From Deltaproteobacteria bacterium (GTDB lineage Bacteria > SAR324 > XYD2-FULL-50-16), in the NCBI GenBank assembly GCA_029881655.1, contig JAOUME010000001.1:2351-66350 (forward strand): a stretch of 64,000 nucleotides of DNA. The letters are read 5' to 3'. The translations under genes were made by a program, and so were the position numbers. How positions within the stretch are numbered: position 1 is the stretch's first letter; each line of letters begins with the position of its first letter. The notes beneath the pieces are model-generated. The model did no database searches and was not told the origin of the DNA. It worked only from the letters and a program-made list of their open reading frames with translations. Below are positions 40,199-50,373 of this stretch, one piece after another.

Positions 40199-40231
40199 CG
40201 AATTGTAACAATAAACAATCGATACAATTCG
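40199..40231. repeat. Perfect 9-bp inverted repeat (cgaattgta / tacaattcg) with a 15-nt spacer, upstream of lepB. Possible operator.
   Basis: Direct sequence reading. A TTGACA lies immediately upstream at 40192-40197. Confidence 0.4.
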
Positions 40232-40356
40232 CTCCCTCGTGGGAGGCCTGAAATATAAGGAGCTTATCTAATAATGATTTTTAATGTTCATTTGAATTAA
40301 CTGTTAAGTGTAACTAATCGGATTTTATTAACTTCAATCAGTCATCGGGTTGTTCA

Positions 40357-40980
40357 ATGAGAAAGATAATTAATTTAGAACGTTTTATTAAAAACAAAAC
40401 GATCCGCGAATGGTTAGAAGCACTCATTTTCGCGGGTATCGTTGCTTTGATTTTTAGGACTTGGCTATATGCTCCTTATAGGGTGCCCACAGGTTCCATG
40501 ATCCACACGATCGAAATTGGCGATCATATTTTCGTCAATAAACATTCCTACGGCTTTATTGTTCCCTTCACCGATTATAAATTATTTCCGAAGGAGGTCC
40601 ATAGAAAAGATATCGTTGTTTTCCCTTACCCTGAGGACCCATCCATTGATTTTATCAAAAGAGTGATCGCCATCGGAGGCGACGAAGTCGAAATCATCGG
40701 CGAAAAAGTCTATATCAACGGTAATCAAGAAATAGAACCCTACCTTTATTATGACAAGCGTTTCGCACCGGTACCAGGCAACAGAAAATTTAAAGTTCCC
40801 GATGGCAACCTGTGGGTGATGGGCGATAATCGCAGGAACTCCAAAGATAGCCGTTATTGGGGTTTTGTCGAGGAAAAGATGGTGCAAGGCAAGGGCATGA
40901 TCATTTACTGGTCCCACGACCCTTCAAGTAGTATTTTTGGTGGCTACAAACTCGAAAGAATCGCAAAGAGTCTTGATTAA
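40357..40980 (+). CDS. lepB: Signal peptidase I.
   Basis: Catalytic Ser box VPTGSM, Lys box, and the GDNRRNSKDSRYWGFV box E. Confidence 0.85.
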   Translation: MRKIINLERFIKNKTIREWLEALIFAGIVALIFRTWLYAPYRVPTGSMIHTIEIGDHIFVNKHSYGFIVPFTDYKLFPKEVHRKDIVVFPYPEDPSIDFIKRVIAIGGDEVEIIGEKVYINGNQEIEPYLYYDKRFAPVPGNRKFKVPDGNLWVMGDNRRNSKDSRYWGFVEEKMVQGKGMIIYWSHDPSSSIFGGYKLERIAKSLD

Positions 40981-41120
40981 GAGATCAAGAGCAAGACCCA
41001 AGCTCAGGAAAGCAGTTATTATTCGATTTGAAAACTTCATGGGATAAACACGAGAAGGGCTGAATCATGCATTTATAAAACTTGGTTAATCCCCTTCTTT
41101 AAACCAGATAGGTTTAGACA

Positions 41121-41840
41121 ATGCCTAACAGCTTAAGCGCAAAAAGATTATTCCTGCTGATTTTATTCTTGATTTCTTGCGGATACACATCAAATGTAAT
41201 TGCCCAGCAAAACATTTTCAGCGATTATACCGTTAAACAGCTCAGTAGCGGTATGTCCAATTATGGCTATATCCAATCGGTCTATTACCAATATACCGGC
41301 AACCCCATCTTTGAGGCCAGCAACCCTCCCAAAGGGGTGTTTTCCAATATGAACTGGCTGAATATCCATGAGGTCAACCTCTATCTTCCAAAAGGATTCG
41401 GCTATGGTTTCGAATACATGCGATTTTACTCGTCCTCTCAGTCAACCTATCTTGGGAAGGATAATGTCATCGGACCGGATATCAATATGCAGGTCGATTT
41501 TTGGAGTTTCACTGTCAGAGGTTTCTTCCAAAGTCCCATGAAAGAACCCCTTCAACCATATTTCGGCGCGGGTTGGGGCGTCATGTCAGGAGTATTCGAT
41601 ACCATCAAGGTAGATGGTTCTGAACACCAAAACCGCTTTCAAGGGCTCATTAATTACCGATCGATCGGAACTCAGCTTATGTTTAGCGAAATCGTGGGCA
41701 TTTCTGTTGAAATCAGAAGTCTGACGAGTAACAAGGTCCGAGTTTCTGGTGATCCTTTTGGTGTTGCCGAAATAGATAGCGATCTCTTTTTGGATTTCAG
41801 CGGAAGCATGCTGAACCTGTTTGGCTTTATCCGTTTTTAA
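41121..41840 (+). CDS. Outer-membrane beta-barrel protein, hypothetical.
   Basis: A signal peptide, alternating amphipathic strands and a C-terminal aromatic ending (GFIRF). Confidence 0.45.
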   Translation: MPNSLSAKRLFLLILFLISCGYTSNVIAQQNIFSDYTVKQLSSGMSNYGYIQSVYYQYTGNPIFEASNPPKGVFSNMNWLNIHEVNLYLPKGFGYGFEYMRFYSSSQSTYLGKDNVIGPDINMQVDFWSFTVRGFFQSPMKEPLQPYFGAGWGVMSGVFDTIKVDGSEHQNRFQGLINYRSIGTQLMFSEIVGISVEIRSLTSNKVRVSGDPFGVAEIDSDLFLDFSGSMLNLFGFIRF

Positions 41841-42636
41841 ATGAAACAACCTCCTCGAATCCTTTTCCATGATCAATCAAATTTTCGCCCTTCCCCAAGG
41901 AAAGGCTATGATTGATCGCTTTCAGAATATATCCCTTGGCGTTTTTAACCACTTCTTCAATCTCATTATTGAGAGCATAATTTCCAGCGATAGCACTTGA
42001 GTAGACACAACCACTCCCGTGAACAGATTCGGTTTGGCTTCTTTGCGATGGATACCAACTCATTTTCATCTTGTGAAACAGCAAATCATCCGCATCCTCT
42101 TTTCGATGGCCCCCCTTAATAATAACCGTCTGGGCTCCTTTGAACTGAATCAACCTCGCCGCATTTTCCATATCGATCCGGCTCGTAATCGAAATCCCGC
42201 TTATCCTTTCAGCCTCCATAAGATTAGGGGTAATGATCGTTGCAAGAGGCAAAAGTTGATCGATCATAAACTCGATTCCATCTTCGTCCAGAAGTTCATG
42301 CCCGCTGGAGGATAGGATAACGGGATCTAAAACGATGGGGACCTCCCCGATATTTTTTAAGGCCTTACAGACCGATCGGACGACACTTTCGTTACCCAGC
42401 ATCCCGATTTTGACCACATCAATTTGAAAATCCTCAAAAAGCCTGATTATCTGCTCAAATACCAACTGCGGCTCCAAAGATTCGGCTCTGTAGACCTTTT
42501 TTGTGTCCTGAACGGTAAGCGTGGTGATAACTCCAAGTCCGTAAAGACCCAGGGATTCAAACGTTTTAACATCCGCCATGACTCCGGCGCCACCACTAGG
42601 ATCAAATCCGGCGATTGAAAGACCGGTTTTCTTCAT
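41827..42636 (-). CDS. thiD: Hydroxymethylpyrimidine/phosphomethylpyrimidine kinase.
   Basis: N-terminal SIAGFDPSGGAGVMADVKTF and the ribokinase-fold HGSGC anion hole. Confidence 0.85.
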   Translation of the reverse strand: MKKTGLSIAGFDPSGGAGVMADVKTFESLGLYGLGVITTLTVQDTKKVYRAESLEPQLVFEQIIRLFEDFQIDVVKIGMLGNESVVRSVCKALKNIGEVPIVLDPVILSSSGHELLDEDGIEFMIDQLLPLATIITPNLMEAERISGISITSRIDMENAARLIQFKGAQTVIIKGGHRKEDADDLLFHKMKMSWYPSQRSQTESVHGSGCVYSSAIAGNYALNNEIEEVVKNAKGYILKAINHSLSLGKGENLIDHGKGFEEVVSFKNG

Positions 42637-42646
42637 TGCGTCCCTT

Positions 42647-43570
42647 TTAATTAATCAACGCCATTAAAATCCGCTTTGTTTTTAAATGTCTGATAAAAAA
42701 CTCAATCTCTTTTGCTCCGATATTGCCGCCCATACTGCTTAAAACCGGTAACATTACCTTCTTCGCGCTGATTCTTGGATCAATATCATAATAATAAGAC
42801 TCGGTAGCGTCAGGAATATCAAAAGGCCCAAGCTCATGCATCCCAAAATCGAAACTCAGTGAAAAACTTAAGATAATCGACGTTACGTCTTGTATCTTTC
42901 GACTCTGAAACCCAAAACGCTTTACATCACTAACCTGACCGAAACCATGGCAATTTAAGCCAGATCCCCGTCATTATTACTGGCCCATCCGCTTAGAAAT
43001 GAACCGTCAATCGCCACATATCATCTCCAGGATGAGTCCAACCTTCCATCGTCATAATTGCTACTGATCGCTACAATTCAGGTGCCCTTTTCATAAAGGA
43101 CGATGTTCTCAAGGGCAGTTCCGGTTTTACGGCAAGGGTTGAAAATTGGAAAATATCGGAATGGTACAGGTTCCCTGATGGGTCTTCAACTGTTGCACTG
43201 TAATAATAGACCGTAAGAGGATCAAGCCCTGGGAGTACAACTCATGAAGATACAAGTAGGTTGAATATAAGCTCATGGAAGGATCCACCGCCGTATAAAT
43301 CAGGCTGTATCTGCCCAATCCGTGCATAATTTCGCAACGAAATCTTGATCAGATTGGAAACGGATCACGGCTTGATGAGCCGTGATCTCCTCAACCCAGA
43401 CATCGAGAAAATCGATTTACCTGTCCGAACTATCGTTACCGCATGAGCATCCCTGGATAACTAATATCAACAACACCCAAATAATGCGGCTAACAAAAAC
43501 CTTTAAATCAAGCTTTTTTCAGATAGTTTCCCTTAATTAATTACAACAACAAACTTTTTTCTCAAACCAC
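42647..43570 (-). pseudogene. Probable decayed gene remnant. A coding-like stretch is broken into multiple short ORFs of 20-64 codons in three frames.
   Basis: About 930 bp with normal GC but no ORF longer than 66 codons. Protein-like peptides appear in shifting frames (for example LPGLDPLTVYYYSATVEDPSGNLYHSDIF and MHELGPFDIPD...). It lies between the TPR-CHAT gene and thiD. Confidence 0.3.
43363..43387. repeat. Perfect 10-bp inverted repeat (gatcacggct / agccgtgatc) with a 5-nt loop.
   Basis: Direct reading. It sits inside the ORF-poor region upstream of thiD. Confidence 0.55.
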
Positions 43571-43571
43571 T

Positions 43572-46500
43572 TTATTTGTTTGGCTTGTCAACCATGACAA
43601 ATGCCGCCCAATAATAAGGGTGGTTCCAATCTTCTGATTTAATTAGTTCCATTTGCGACTGCTTCAATGCTTCTCTGGTGGGGATCTTTTTGTAGATACG
43701 GTCATAAAACCCCGTCATCAACAACCTTGTTCCCTCGTCACTAACCGGCCATAAGGAGTTGATCACGCTGATAACCCCAGCCTCCTGAAAGGATCGGCGA
43801 AGTCCATAGACACCTTCACCAGCATGGATCTCGCCCACTCCGGTTTCACAAGCCGAAAGAACAACCAGTCTTGTTCCTGAAAGTTTCAGGTTTAATACCT
43901 CAAGCGCTGTTAAAACCCCATCGTTATTGGTATCAATATCACCTAAAAACGGCGCGTTCGTATTGATCCCCGCAAAAGCCAGTCCCGCTCTCAATAAAGG
44001 ATTATCCCCCGGTGGCGGTAGTTTCTGCGGCCCACCCCTTTGCATGGATAAAAGCCTGCTCTTTAAGCGCTCTTCCGCCTGCAAAAAGAAACCGTGTGTC
44101 GCGATATGCAACATTCCTGGTGGCTTGTCGATTGAACGAAGCAATTGCTCCTCAGCCGTTTTCTTGCTATAAATCCGAGATACACCTTGGGCGCTTTTTG
44201 AAACCTTCTGGATCGCCTCTCCTTCGAGTTCCGCTCCCAAAAGCGGATCAAAGGACAATGACCTCAGGCCGTGAGACTGGACCTTAAGCGCATTGGTCGC
44301 AGCGCTTCTTCTGCCTTTGGCTATTTGTTTGGCAACCTTGTTTGTCTCGGAATCCAGATCATAATCGGGACCCGCCAGGATTACAAACTCACCCGAAGAA
44401 GGAGGCAGAGCCGGAATCACGATATCCCGTCCAGAGGATATGACTTTCAAGTCCAGTGTTTCGATCAGATATTTCCCGTCTTCATCTAAGATGGCGTCAA
44501 ACGGCAATAAATGCAAAATGCTGTCGGGAACCAGATAAACGCTTTTTCGATTTGCCAAGTGCGGCACGATCGGTTTCCAAACCAGATTGTAAATATCCTT
44601 TGCGGCTTCCTCGAAGTCGGCGTCGGTCGCGTATTCGTCTTGAATCACTTCCCTAAAAAAAGAAACGAATTTTCGGACCTCTTCCAACTCACCCAAGGGA
44701 ATTAGTTTGATTTCATCGTTTTTACAATCAAAGACTAAAAAACATTCACTGGTACTTTTTTTCGCCACCATGGCAAAAATCTTTGGGGTTCCGTCAACAT
44801 AAGTTAAATAATCAATCAGGACATCTTCCTCGTTTAGTTGCTCGAAAAGCTGATCCACGCTCACCCACTGCGACGCGGTTCTAAAAGGCATACTCTTTTG
44901 CCCCAGAAGTGCCTGAAGATCGTTGACCTCTTCTTCCAAATCAACCAGTTTCTTTTGAAATTCTTCGGGTGTCTCGCCGACCGGACCGGAAAGCGTCAGG
45001 GAGGCCAATTCCTTTCTAGTTTCATTCAGTTTTTTCGCTAAACTGGAAAGTTCCGGCGATTTGGTCATCTCTAAAACTTTTTGAATCTCGGACGCAATTT
45101 TCAAAAGTAGCCCCTTTCTCTGAAGACTCACGTCCAACGCTGACTTGGCGGTTTCAGGAGAATTAACTTTAAGTAATAACTTGAGATATTTATCCTGCTC
45201 ATGTTTGTGAAGAGTGATATAGTTCTCGCGGGTGTTCTCGCCCGTAGCCCAAAGCACCCGGTCAAAAAAGTCACTTCTTCTTTGAAAACCTCTCTTGCGA
45301 TTCTCATAAGCCTCACTGGTCTTCTCGCCAAACTCCAAGGCATCTGAAAGATTGTTCAAGGCCTCGAAACTGTACTGATGTTTATCCCCTAAAACCTCGT
45401 CTGAAAGCTGCAAGGTCTCAGTCAAAAGCTTTTCGGCCTCGCTGAATTTTTCTTCGGAGATCAAAAGCCCCGACATATCGATCTGACTTCTGACTACGTC
45501 CGGATGTCGATCACCCAAAACCTCCTTTCTTAACTTAAGAGATTGAGTAAACATCTCCTCCGCAGCAACAAGGTCGCCCTTGTAATGTTTCACTCTGGCA
45601 AGGTTGTTTAACGCCTTAAGAGTCTTTTGATGCTTCAGTCCAAGCTGGGATTTCCAGACATCCAACACCTGGGAAAACATCGGTTCTGCCAGGTCAAATT
45701 CCCGCTCCATCAAAAACAGATAACCAAGGTTGTTAACGCTGGCGATGGTATTGGGATGATTGTCGCCAAAGATTTCCTGGCTGAACTCGATCGTTTGGTT
45801 GTAAAGAGGTTCTGATTTTTTAAAGCTCCCCTGACTTTCAAAGAGCATGGCAATATTATTCATGATCGCCAAGGTAGAGGGATGCTTCTCTCCATTGGCT
45901 TTTCTTGAAACGGTTAGCGCCTCCTTAAACAAAGGCTCGGCCTGTTCGTAGTATCCTTGGTTTTCATTTAACAAAGCCAGATTGTTCATTATATTGACGG
46001 CTTGCGGGTGATATTTGCCCAGAGCCGCTTCAACCTGACTGAGCGCTTTTCGATAGGTCATCTCGGAAAGTCCGTAATCTCCTTTTCTGCGGTAAAGCCC
46101 CGCAATCTTATCCAAATCCACGATAGTATTGGGATGAGTCTCTCCCAGACTCTGCTTGTCGTACTCATAAACCTTCTTATAAAGCTCTTCTGCCTGATCG
46201 TATTTCCCGATATCTTCATAAAGGATCGCTAGATTGCTAATCGTCTGATAAAGATCGGGATTCATATCTCCCAATGTTTGTCTCATCAAGCGTACAGCAT
46301 CGTTAAAAAGCGGCTCTGATTTTTTATATTGCCCCATCAATCGATAAAGCTCAGCTAAGCTGGACATGGTGACCAAGGTTTCCACGTCCTTATCACCCAA
46401 ATTCTGACGCTTGATTTCTAAGACATCGTTTAAAATAGTTTCCGCTTGGGGATAATCACCACCCGCAATATAAGTTGACGCTAGGATATCTTTAGAAAAC

Positions 46501-47117
46501 AGCAACTCGGGAACATCTTGAATCGAAAGACTGCCTAAACTGCTCAACGCCTCCTTGAGGACCGCTTCGGCTTTTCTCCATTGCCCTTTGGCCAAGTACA
46601 TTTGAGCCAGGTTATTAACATTGTGAAGTATCTCAGGATTGTTGATTCCAATGCTTTTCTTCTTGGCCAGAAAAACCTTTTCCAGCATTTCCAGCGCACG
46701 GTTATAATCCCCGGAATCCCCATAAGTTAACCCCAACTCTTCCGTAACCATCAGAGTCTCCGCATGATCTTCTCCCAACATCTCCGTCGCAATGGACAAA
46801 GCCTTTTTATAGACCTTTGTCGCTTGTTCGTAATCCTGTACCCCCGAATAAGTCCGGGCAAGATTAAATATAGCTGAAAGGGTAAAAGGGCTGAGTTGCC
46901 CAAAACTGTTTTCGGCCTTTTGCGCTGCATTGATCGCAAGCTTCACTGCTTCCTCGTAATTGCCCTGCTCAAAAAAACCGATTGAATCGCCAATCATTTG
47001 ATCCAATTCGGACTCAGTTATAGCTGAAGAACTATTCTGAGCCGACAAAGAAGGATTTATCGCAAACATAAACATTATGCTTAACGATAATAACCAAACT
47101 AATTTAATCGATTTCAT
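43572..47117 (-). CDS. Secreted TPR-repeat protein with a C-terminal CHAT (caspase-like) protease domain. 1181 aa.
   Basis: An N-terminal signal peptide and at least 15 TPR-like repeats (Y/A/L periodicity; NNLA..Y..G.Y..AE.L). The C-terminal CHAT His/Cys dyad motifs HIATHG and LVVLSACETG are present. Confidence 0.7.
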   Translation of the reverse strand: MKSIKLVWLLSLSIMFMFAINPSLSAQNSSSAITESELDQMIGDSIGFFEQGNYEEAVKLAINAAQKAENSFGQLSPFTLSAIFNLARTYSGVQDYEQATKVYKKALSIATEMLGEDHAETLMVTEELGLTYGDSGDYNRALEMLEKVFLAKKKSIGINNPEILHNVNNLAQMYLAKGQWRKAEAVLKEALSSLGSLSIQDVPELLFSKDILASTYIAGGDYPQAETILNDVLEIKRQNLGDKDVETLVTMSSLAELYRLMGQYKKSEPLFNDAVRLMRQTLGDMNPDLYQTISNLAILYEDIGKYDQAEELYKKVYEYDKQSLGETHPNTIVDLDKIAGLYRRKGDYGLSEMTYRKALSQVEAALGKYHPQAVNIMNNLALLNENQGYYEQAEPLFKEALTVSRKANGEKHPSTLAIMNNIAMLFESQGSFKKSEPLYNQTIEFSQEIFGDNHPNTIASVNNLGYLFLMEREFDLAEPMFSQVLDVWKSQLGLKHQKTLKALNNLARVKHYKGDLVAAEEMFTQSLKLRKEVLGDRHPDVVRSQIDMSGLLISEEKFSEAEKLLTETLQLSDEVLGDKHQYSFEALNNLSDALEFGEKTSEAYENRKRGFQRRSDFFDRVLWATGENTRENYITLHKHEQDKYLKLLLKVNSPETAKSALDVSLQRKGLLLKIASEIQKVLEMTKSPELSSLAKKLNETRKELASLTLSGPVGETPEEFQKKLVDLEEEVNDLQALLGQKSMPFRTASQWVSVDQLFEQLNEEDVLIDYLTYVDGTPKIFAMVAKKSTSECFLVFDCKNDEIKLIPLGELEEVRKFVSFFREVIQDEYATDADFEEAAKDIYNLVWKPIVPHLANRKSVYLVPDSILHLLPFDAILDEDGKYLIETLDLKVISSGRDIVIPALPPSSGEFVILAGPDYDLDSETNKVAKQIAKGRRSAATNALKVQSHGLRSLSFDPLLGAELEGEAIQKVSKSAQGVSRIYSKKTAEEQLLRSIDKPPGMLHIATHGFFLQAEERLKSRLLSMQRGGPQKLPPPGDNPLLRAGLAFAGINTNAPFLGDIDTNNDGVLTALEVLNLKLSGTRLVVLSACETGVGEIHAGEGVYGLRRSFQEAGVISVINSLWPVSDEGTRLLMTGFYDRIYKKIPTREALKQSQMELIKSEDWNHPYYWAAFVMVDKPNK

Positions 47118-47335
47118 TTTTCCCCTTGTTTAATATTAAGAATGGCTTTTTATACTTCGCAATCAATACTTATAGAGTTTTGAGAGTTTCGATATATTCC
47201 TCTTTTTTTATGAAAGTATACTAAATTTTACTAAAAAAATAAAGATTAATCTTGAAATGTCTAAGTTACGATCATCGCACCAGCGCCATTTTAGTTTTCC
47301 TCTATAAACAAACTTAAGCTCCATCAATAATAATT

Positions 47336-47836
47336 TCAGTATACCCTTTCTCGCTGATGTTTGGCCTTAATCTCAGGTGGCCATAATGACTTGAAATAAT
47401 GTATGGTCGACTTTATCTCGTCATCGGACAACTTGCCTTTAAACTCCCTCATTGGTGATTCCTCGGCAATTGAGCCTTCCTTGACGACCTCAAATAATAT
47501 TTTGTCGCTATGATGCCAACCATGTCCCTTTCCGTTTAATGCCGGGGCTAAAAAAGATCCATCGTCCTTTAACCCTCCCTTTGGCTTAAATGGATCTTCT
47601 CCTTGGGCCTCATCCCCATGACACAGGCCACAGTGCTCAACAAAAAGTCTTTCGCCTTGTTTAATTTTTTGCGTTGTGGACTCACCCAGAATCGGTTTTT
47701 TCGATTGATTGTACTGATAGGTTATAGTCCCCGCTATGACTACCAAAAATACAATCAACCAAATAACTATTTTCTTTCTAGAATTGACCTCCTGGCTTTT
47801 TTGCTCTTGGTTCATAATTTTATTTATTAATATCAT
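47336..47836 (-). CDS. Membrane-anchored monoheme cytochrome c.
   Basis: An N-terminal TM helix, one CxxCH (CGLCH) and a downstream Met (SPMREF). Confidence 0.6.
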   Translation of the reverse strand: MILINKIMNQEQKSQEVNSRKKIVIWLIVFLVVIAGTITYQYNQSKKPILGESTTQKIKQGERLFVEHCGLCHGDEAQGEDPFKPKGGLKDDGSFLAPALNGKGHGWHHSDKILFEVVKEGSIAEESPMREFKGKLSDDEIKSTIHYFKSLWPPEIKAKHQRERVY

Positions 47837-47857
47837 TCATATAGTGCTGCCAGTTGG

Positions 47858-48712
47858 TCATCCTTTAACCGCTCCCTTGGTCAGACCAGCGATGATCTGC
47901 CTTTGGAAAACCAAAAAAGCCAATATAACCGGCAAAGACGCGATAACTGAACCCGCCATTAAATGAGCCGAATCGACACCCGAATGAGAAGATCGAAAAA
48001 AGGCGATCCCTAGTGGCAATGTCCTCATTGAATCCGACGCTGTTAAAATCAAGGGATAGATATAGGCATTCCAACTAACCAAGACACTATGGATCGCAAC
48101 CACCGCCAAGGCCGGTTTGGACAAAGGCATGATAATCGTAAAGAAAATGCGCCAGTCACTCGCCCCTTCAAGGCGAGCCGCCTCCTCCAACTCAACAGGC
48201 AAGGAGAGCATATACTGTCTTAACAGAAAAATCCCAAAAGTCTCAGCTACCATCGGCAGAATCAAAGCAAGGTGCGTGTCGTAAAGTCCAAGTCCCTTAA
48301 CGACGATAAAAGTCGGCACCATCAGTACCGTCGCAGGTATCATCAATTTGATTAAAATCAATCCGATCAACCAACCTCTTCCCTTAAATTCTCTTCTCGC
48401 CAAAGCGTAGGCGGCCATCCCGTCAAAAATCAGGTTGGCCGCCGTGATAAAAAACGTAACGATCAGAGAATTTAGAAAGTACCGACCGAAATTACCCTCG
48501 ATCCAGACTTCAATAAAATTCCCCAAGGTAAATTCCCCGCCAATCGGAAACACCGAGCCCAAACCCAAAGGACCCGACCGATCCAAAAAACTGGTGACAA
48601 ACATCACCCATAAAGGAACCAAGGTTATCAACGCCAATGAAAACAATATAATATGCAATATCTGTTTTCTCATTCCCTGAATAAATAAATCGCCAAATAA
48701 TGTGAAAATCAA
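47858..48712 (-). CDS. Carbohydrate ABC transporter permease (MalG/UgpE-like). An apparent orphan.
   Basis: Six TM helices and the EAA loop EAARLEGASDWRIFFTIIMP. No ATPase, SBP or partner permease is adjacent. Confidence 0.7.
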   Translation of the reverse strand: MIFTLFGDLFIQGMRKQILHIILFSLALITLVPLWVMFVTSFLDRSGPLGLGSVFPIGGEFTLGNFIEVWIEGNFGRYFLNSLIVTFFITAANLIFDGMAAYALARREFKGRGWLIGLILIKLMIPATVLMVPTFIVVKGLGLYDTHLALILPMVAETFGIFLLRQYMLSLPVELEEAARLEGASDWRIFFTIIMPLSKPALAVVAIHSVLVSWNAYIYPLILTASDSMRTLPLGIAFFRSSHSGVDSAHLMAGSVIASLPVILAFLVFQRQIIAGLTKGAVKG

Positions 48713-49029
48713 CTTCTAAAAATATATCAAGATGAACTACATCCAGTGTCGTGGTTGTTCGCCTAGTAAAAAATCAAATAAAAATCGTCATAACCCTTTA
48801 CTTAAAAACCCCAGCTCTGATAATAAAATCGAAAATTAAATAAAAAAGCACGGATTATACAAAGAATTAATTTTACATTATTTTTATTTTAATATAAATC
48901 TAGCACATTAAAAAAAGAAAACCTAACTTTATTTGTAAGGATTGTTGACCTTTGTTTTTTATTTATGTAATTTTCCTTACATCAAAACAAATTTAATTTG
49001 TTCTTTAGGATGTGCCCTTAACTTTATAT

Positions 49030-50373
49030 ATGATCAAAATTAAAAAAGGCTTGAAGCTTCCCATCTCAGGCGAACCCCAACAGAAAATTTCCAAAGGAAA
49101 TTCAGTCAAGACCGTTGCGCTCGTAGGACCCGATTACAGGAACATGAAACCGACTATGGCTGTAAAAGTTGGCGACAAGGTTAAACTGGGACAGGTTTTG
49201 TTTGAGGATAAGAAAAATCCAGGTGTACTTTTTACGGCGCCGGGATCTGGAACCATCATAGCGGTTAACAGGGGAGAAAAAAGAGTCTTTCTTTCGGTTG
49301 TCATCCAGTTGCAAGGTGATGAGGCCGAATCCTTTGGGGTATACGAGGAAGGCAAACTTTCTCAGTTGGAGCGTGTGGAAATTCAAGATAACCTTTTGCG
49401 CTCGGGTATGTGGACGGCCTTTAAGACAAGACCCTTCAGCAAGAGTCCTCAACCCGGTTCAACCCCAAACTCGATCTTTGTAACCGCCATGGACACCAAT
49501 CCACTGGCACCCGATCCTGAGATTTTTCTATCCGAACATCCTTCGGCTTTCGTCAACGGATTGAAACTGCTTTCCAAGCTGACTGATGGAAAAACCTATC
49601 TGTGCATTGCCCCTAACAGCAACATCCCTGGAAAGGACCTGAGTACAACCGAAACGATTACTTTTTCAGGACCACATCCAGCGGGTCTTGCGGGTACCCA
49701 TATCCACCATTTAGATCCAGTGCATGCCCAAAAGACCGTCTGGTCGATCAATTACCAGGATGTCGTCGCCATCGGCTATCTTTTTACCACTGGCAAGCTC
49801 TTTGTGGAAAGGATCGTATCCTTAGCGGGCCCACAGGTAAAAAACCCCAGGCTTATAAAGACCAGAACCGGAGCCAGTATCGATGATCTTATCAAAGGGG
49901 AGACCAAAACCGGCAACAACCGGGTTATATCCGGCTCAGTTCTCTCAGGACTCACCGCCAACAAAGAACTCGCTTTCCTGGGCAGATTTCATAATCAGAT
50001 TTCTATTTTGGAAGAAGGCTTTAAAAGAGACTTCCTTGGCTGGCTGGCTCCGGGATTCAATAAATTTTCCATTAAACAAATTTTTATCTCAAAATTGTTC
50101 CCCACTAAAAAATTTAACTTCACCACTTCCGAAGAGGGAAGCACAAGAGCTATGGTTCCAATCGGCATGTATGAGAAAGTGATGCCCTTGGACATCCAGC
50201 CAACTTTTTTATTGCGTTCTTTAATCACAAAAGACACCGACAAGGCCCAGGCGCTAGGCTGTCTGGAACTGGAGGAAGAAGATCTAGGACTTTGCACCTT
50301 TGTATGTCCTGGAAAATACAACTACGGGTCTATCCTTAGGGAGAACCTCACTCAAATCGAAAGGGAAGGTTAA
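49030..50373 (+). CDS. nqrA: Na(+)-translocating NADH-quinone reductase subunit A.
   Basis: [17 protein letters not shown]-terminus typical of NqrA. Operon context. The ORF track starts at an upstream TTG at 49012. Confidence 0.85.
   Translation: MIKIKKGLKLPISGEPQQKISKGNSVKTVALVGPDYRNMKPTMAVKVGDKVKLGQVLFEDKKNPGVLFTAPGSGTIIAVNRGEKRVFLSVVIQLQGDEAESFGVYEEGKLSQLERVEIQDNLLRSGMWTAFKTRPFSKSPQPGSTPNSIFVTAMDTNPLAPDPEIFLSEHPSAFVNGLKLLSKLTDGKTYLCIAPNSNIPGKDLSTTETITFSGPHPAGLAGTHIHHLDPVHAQKTVWSINYQDVVAIGYLFTTGKLFVERIVSLAGPQVKNPRLIKTRTGASIDDLIKGETKTGNNRVISGSVLSGLTANKELAFLGRFHNQISILEEGFKRDFLGWLAPGFNKFSIKQIFISKLFPTKKFNFTTSEEGSTRAMVPIGMYEKVMPLDIQPTFLLRSLITKDTDKAQALGCLELEEEDLGLCTFVCPGKYNYGSILRENLTQIEREG

Noticed and set aside
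42637-43571. TPP (THI-box) riboswitch upstream of thiD.
   Set aside because: I searched both strands for the conserved CUGAGA and ACCUGAUCUGGAUAAUGCCAGCG-type elements. None were found. Only an incidental ctggataa at about 43455 was present.
48941-48976. A sigma-70 promoter for the nqr operon (TTGACC-N15/17-TGTAAT/TAATTT).
   Set aside because: It is plausible, but -10 hexamer choice and spacing are ambiguous. It is not reported as a feature without TSS data.
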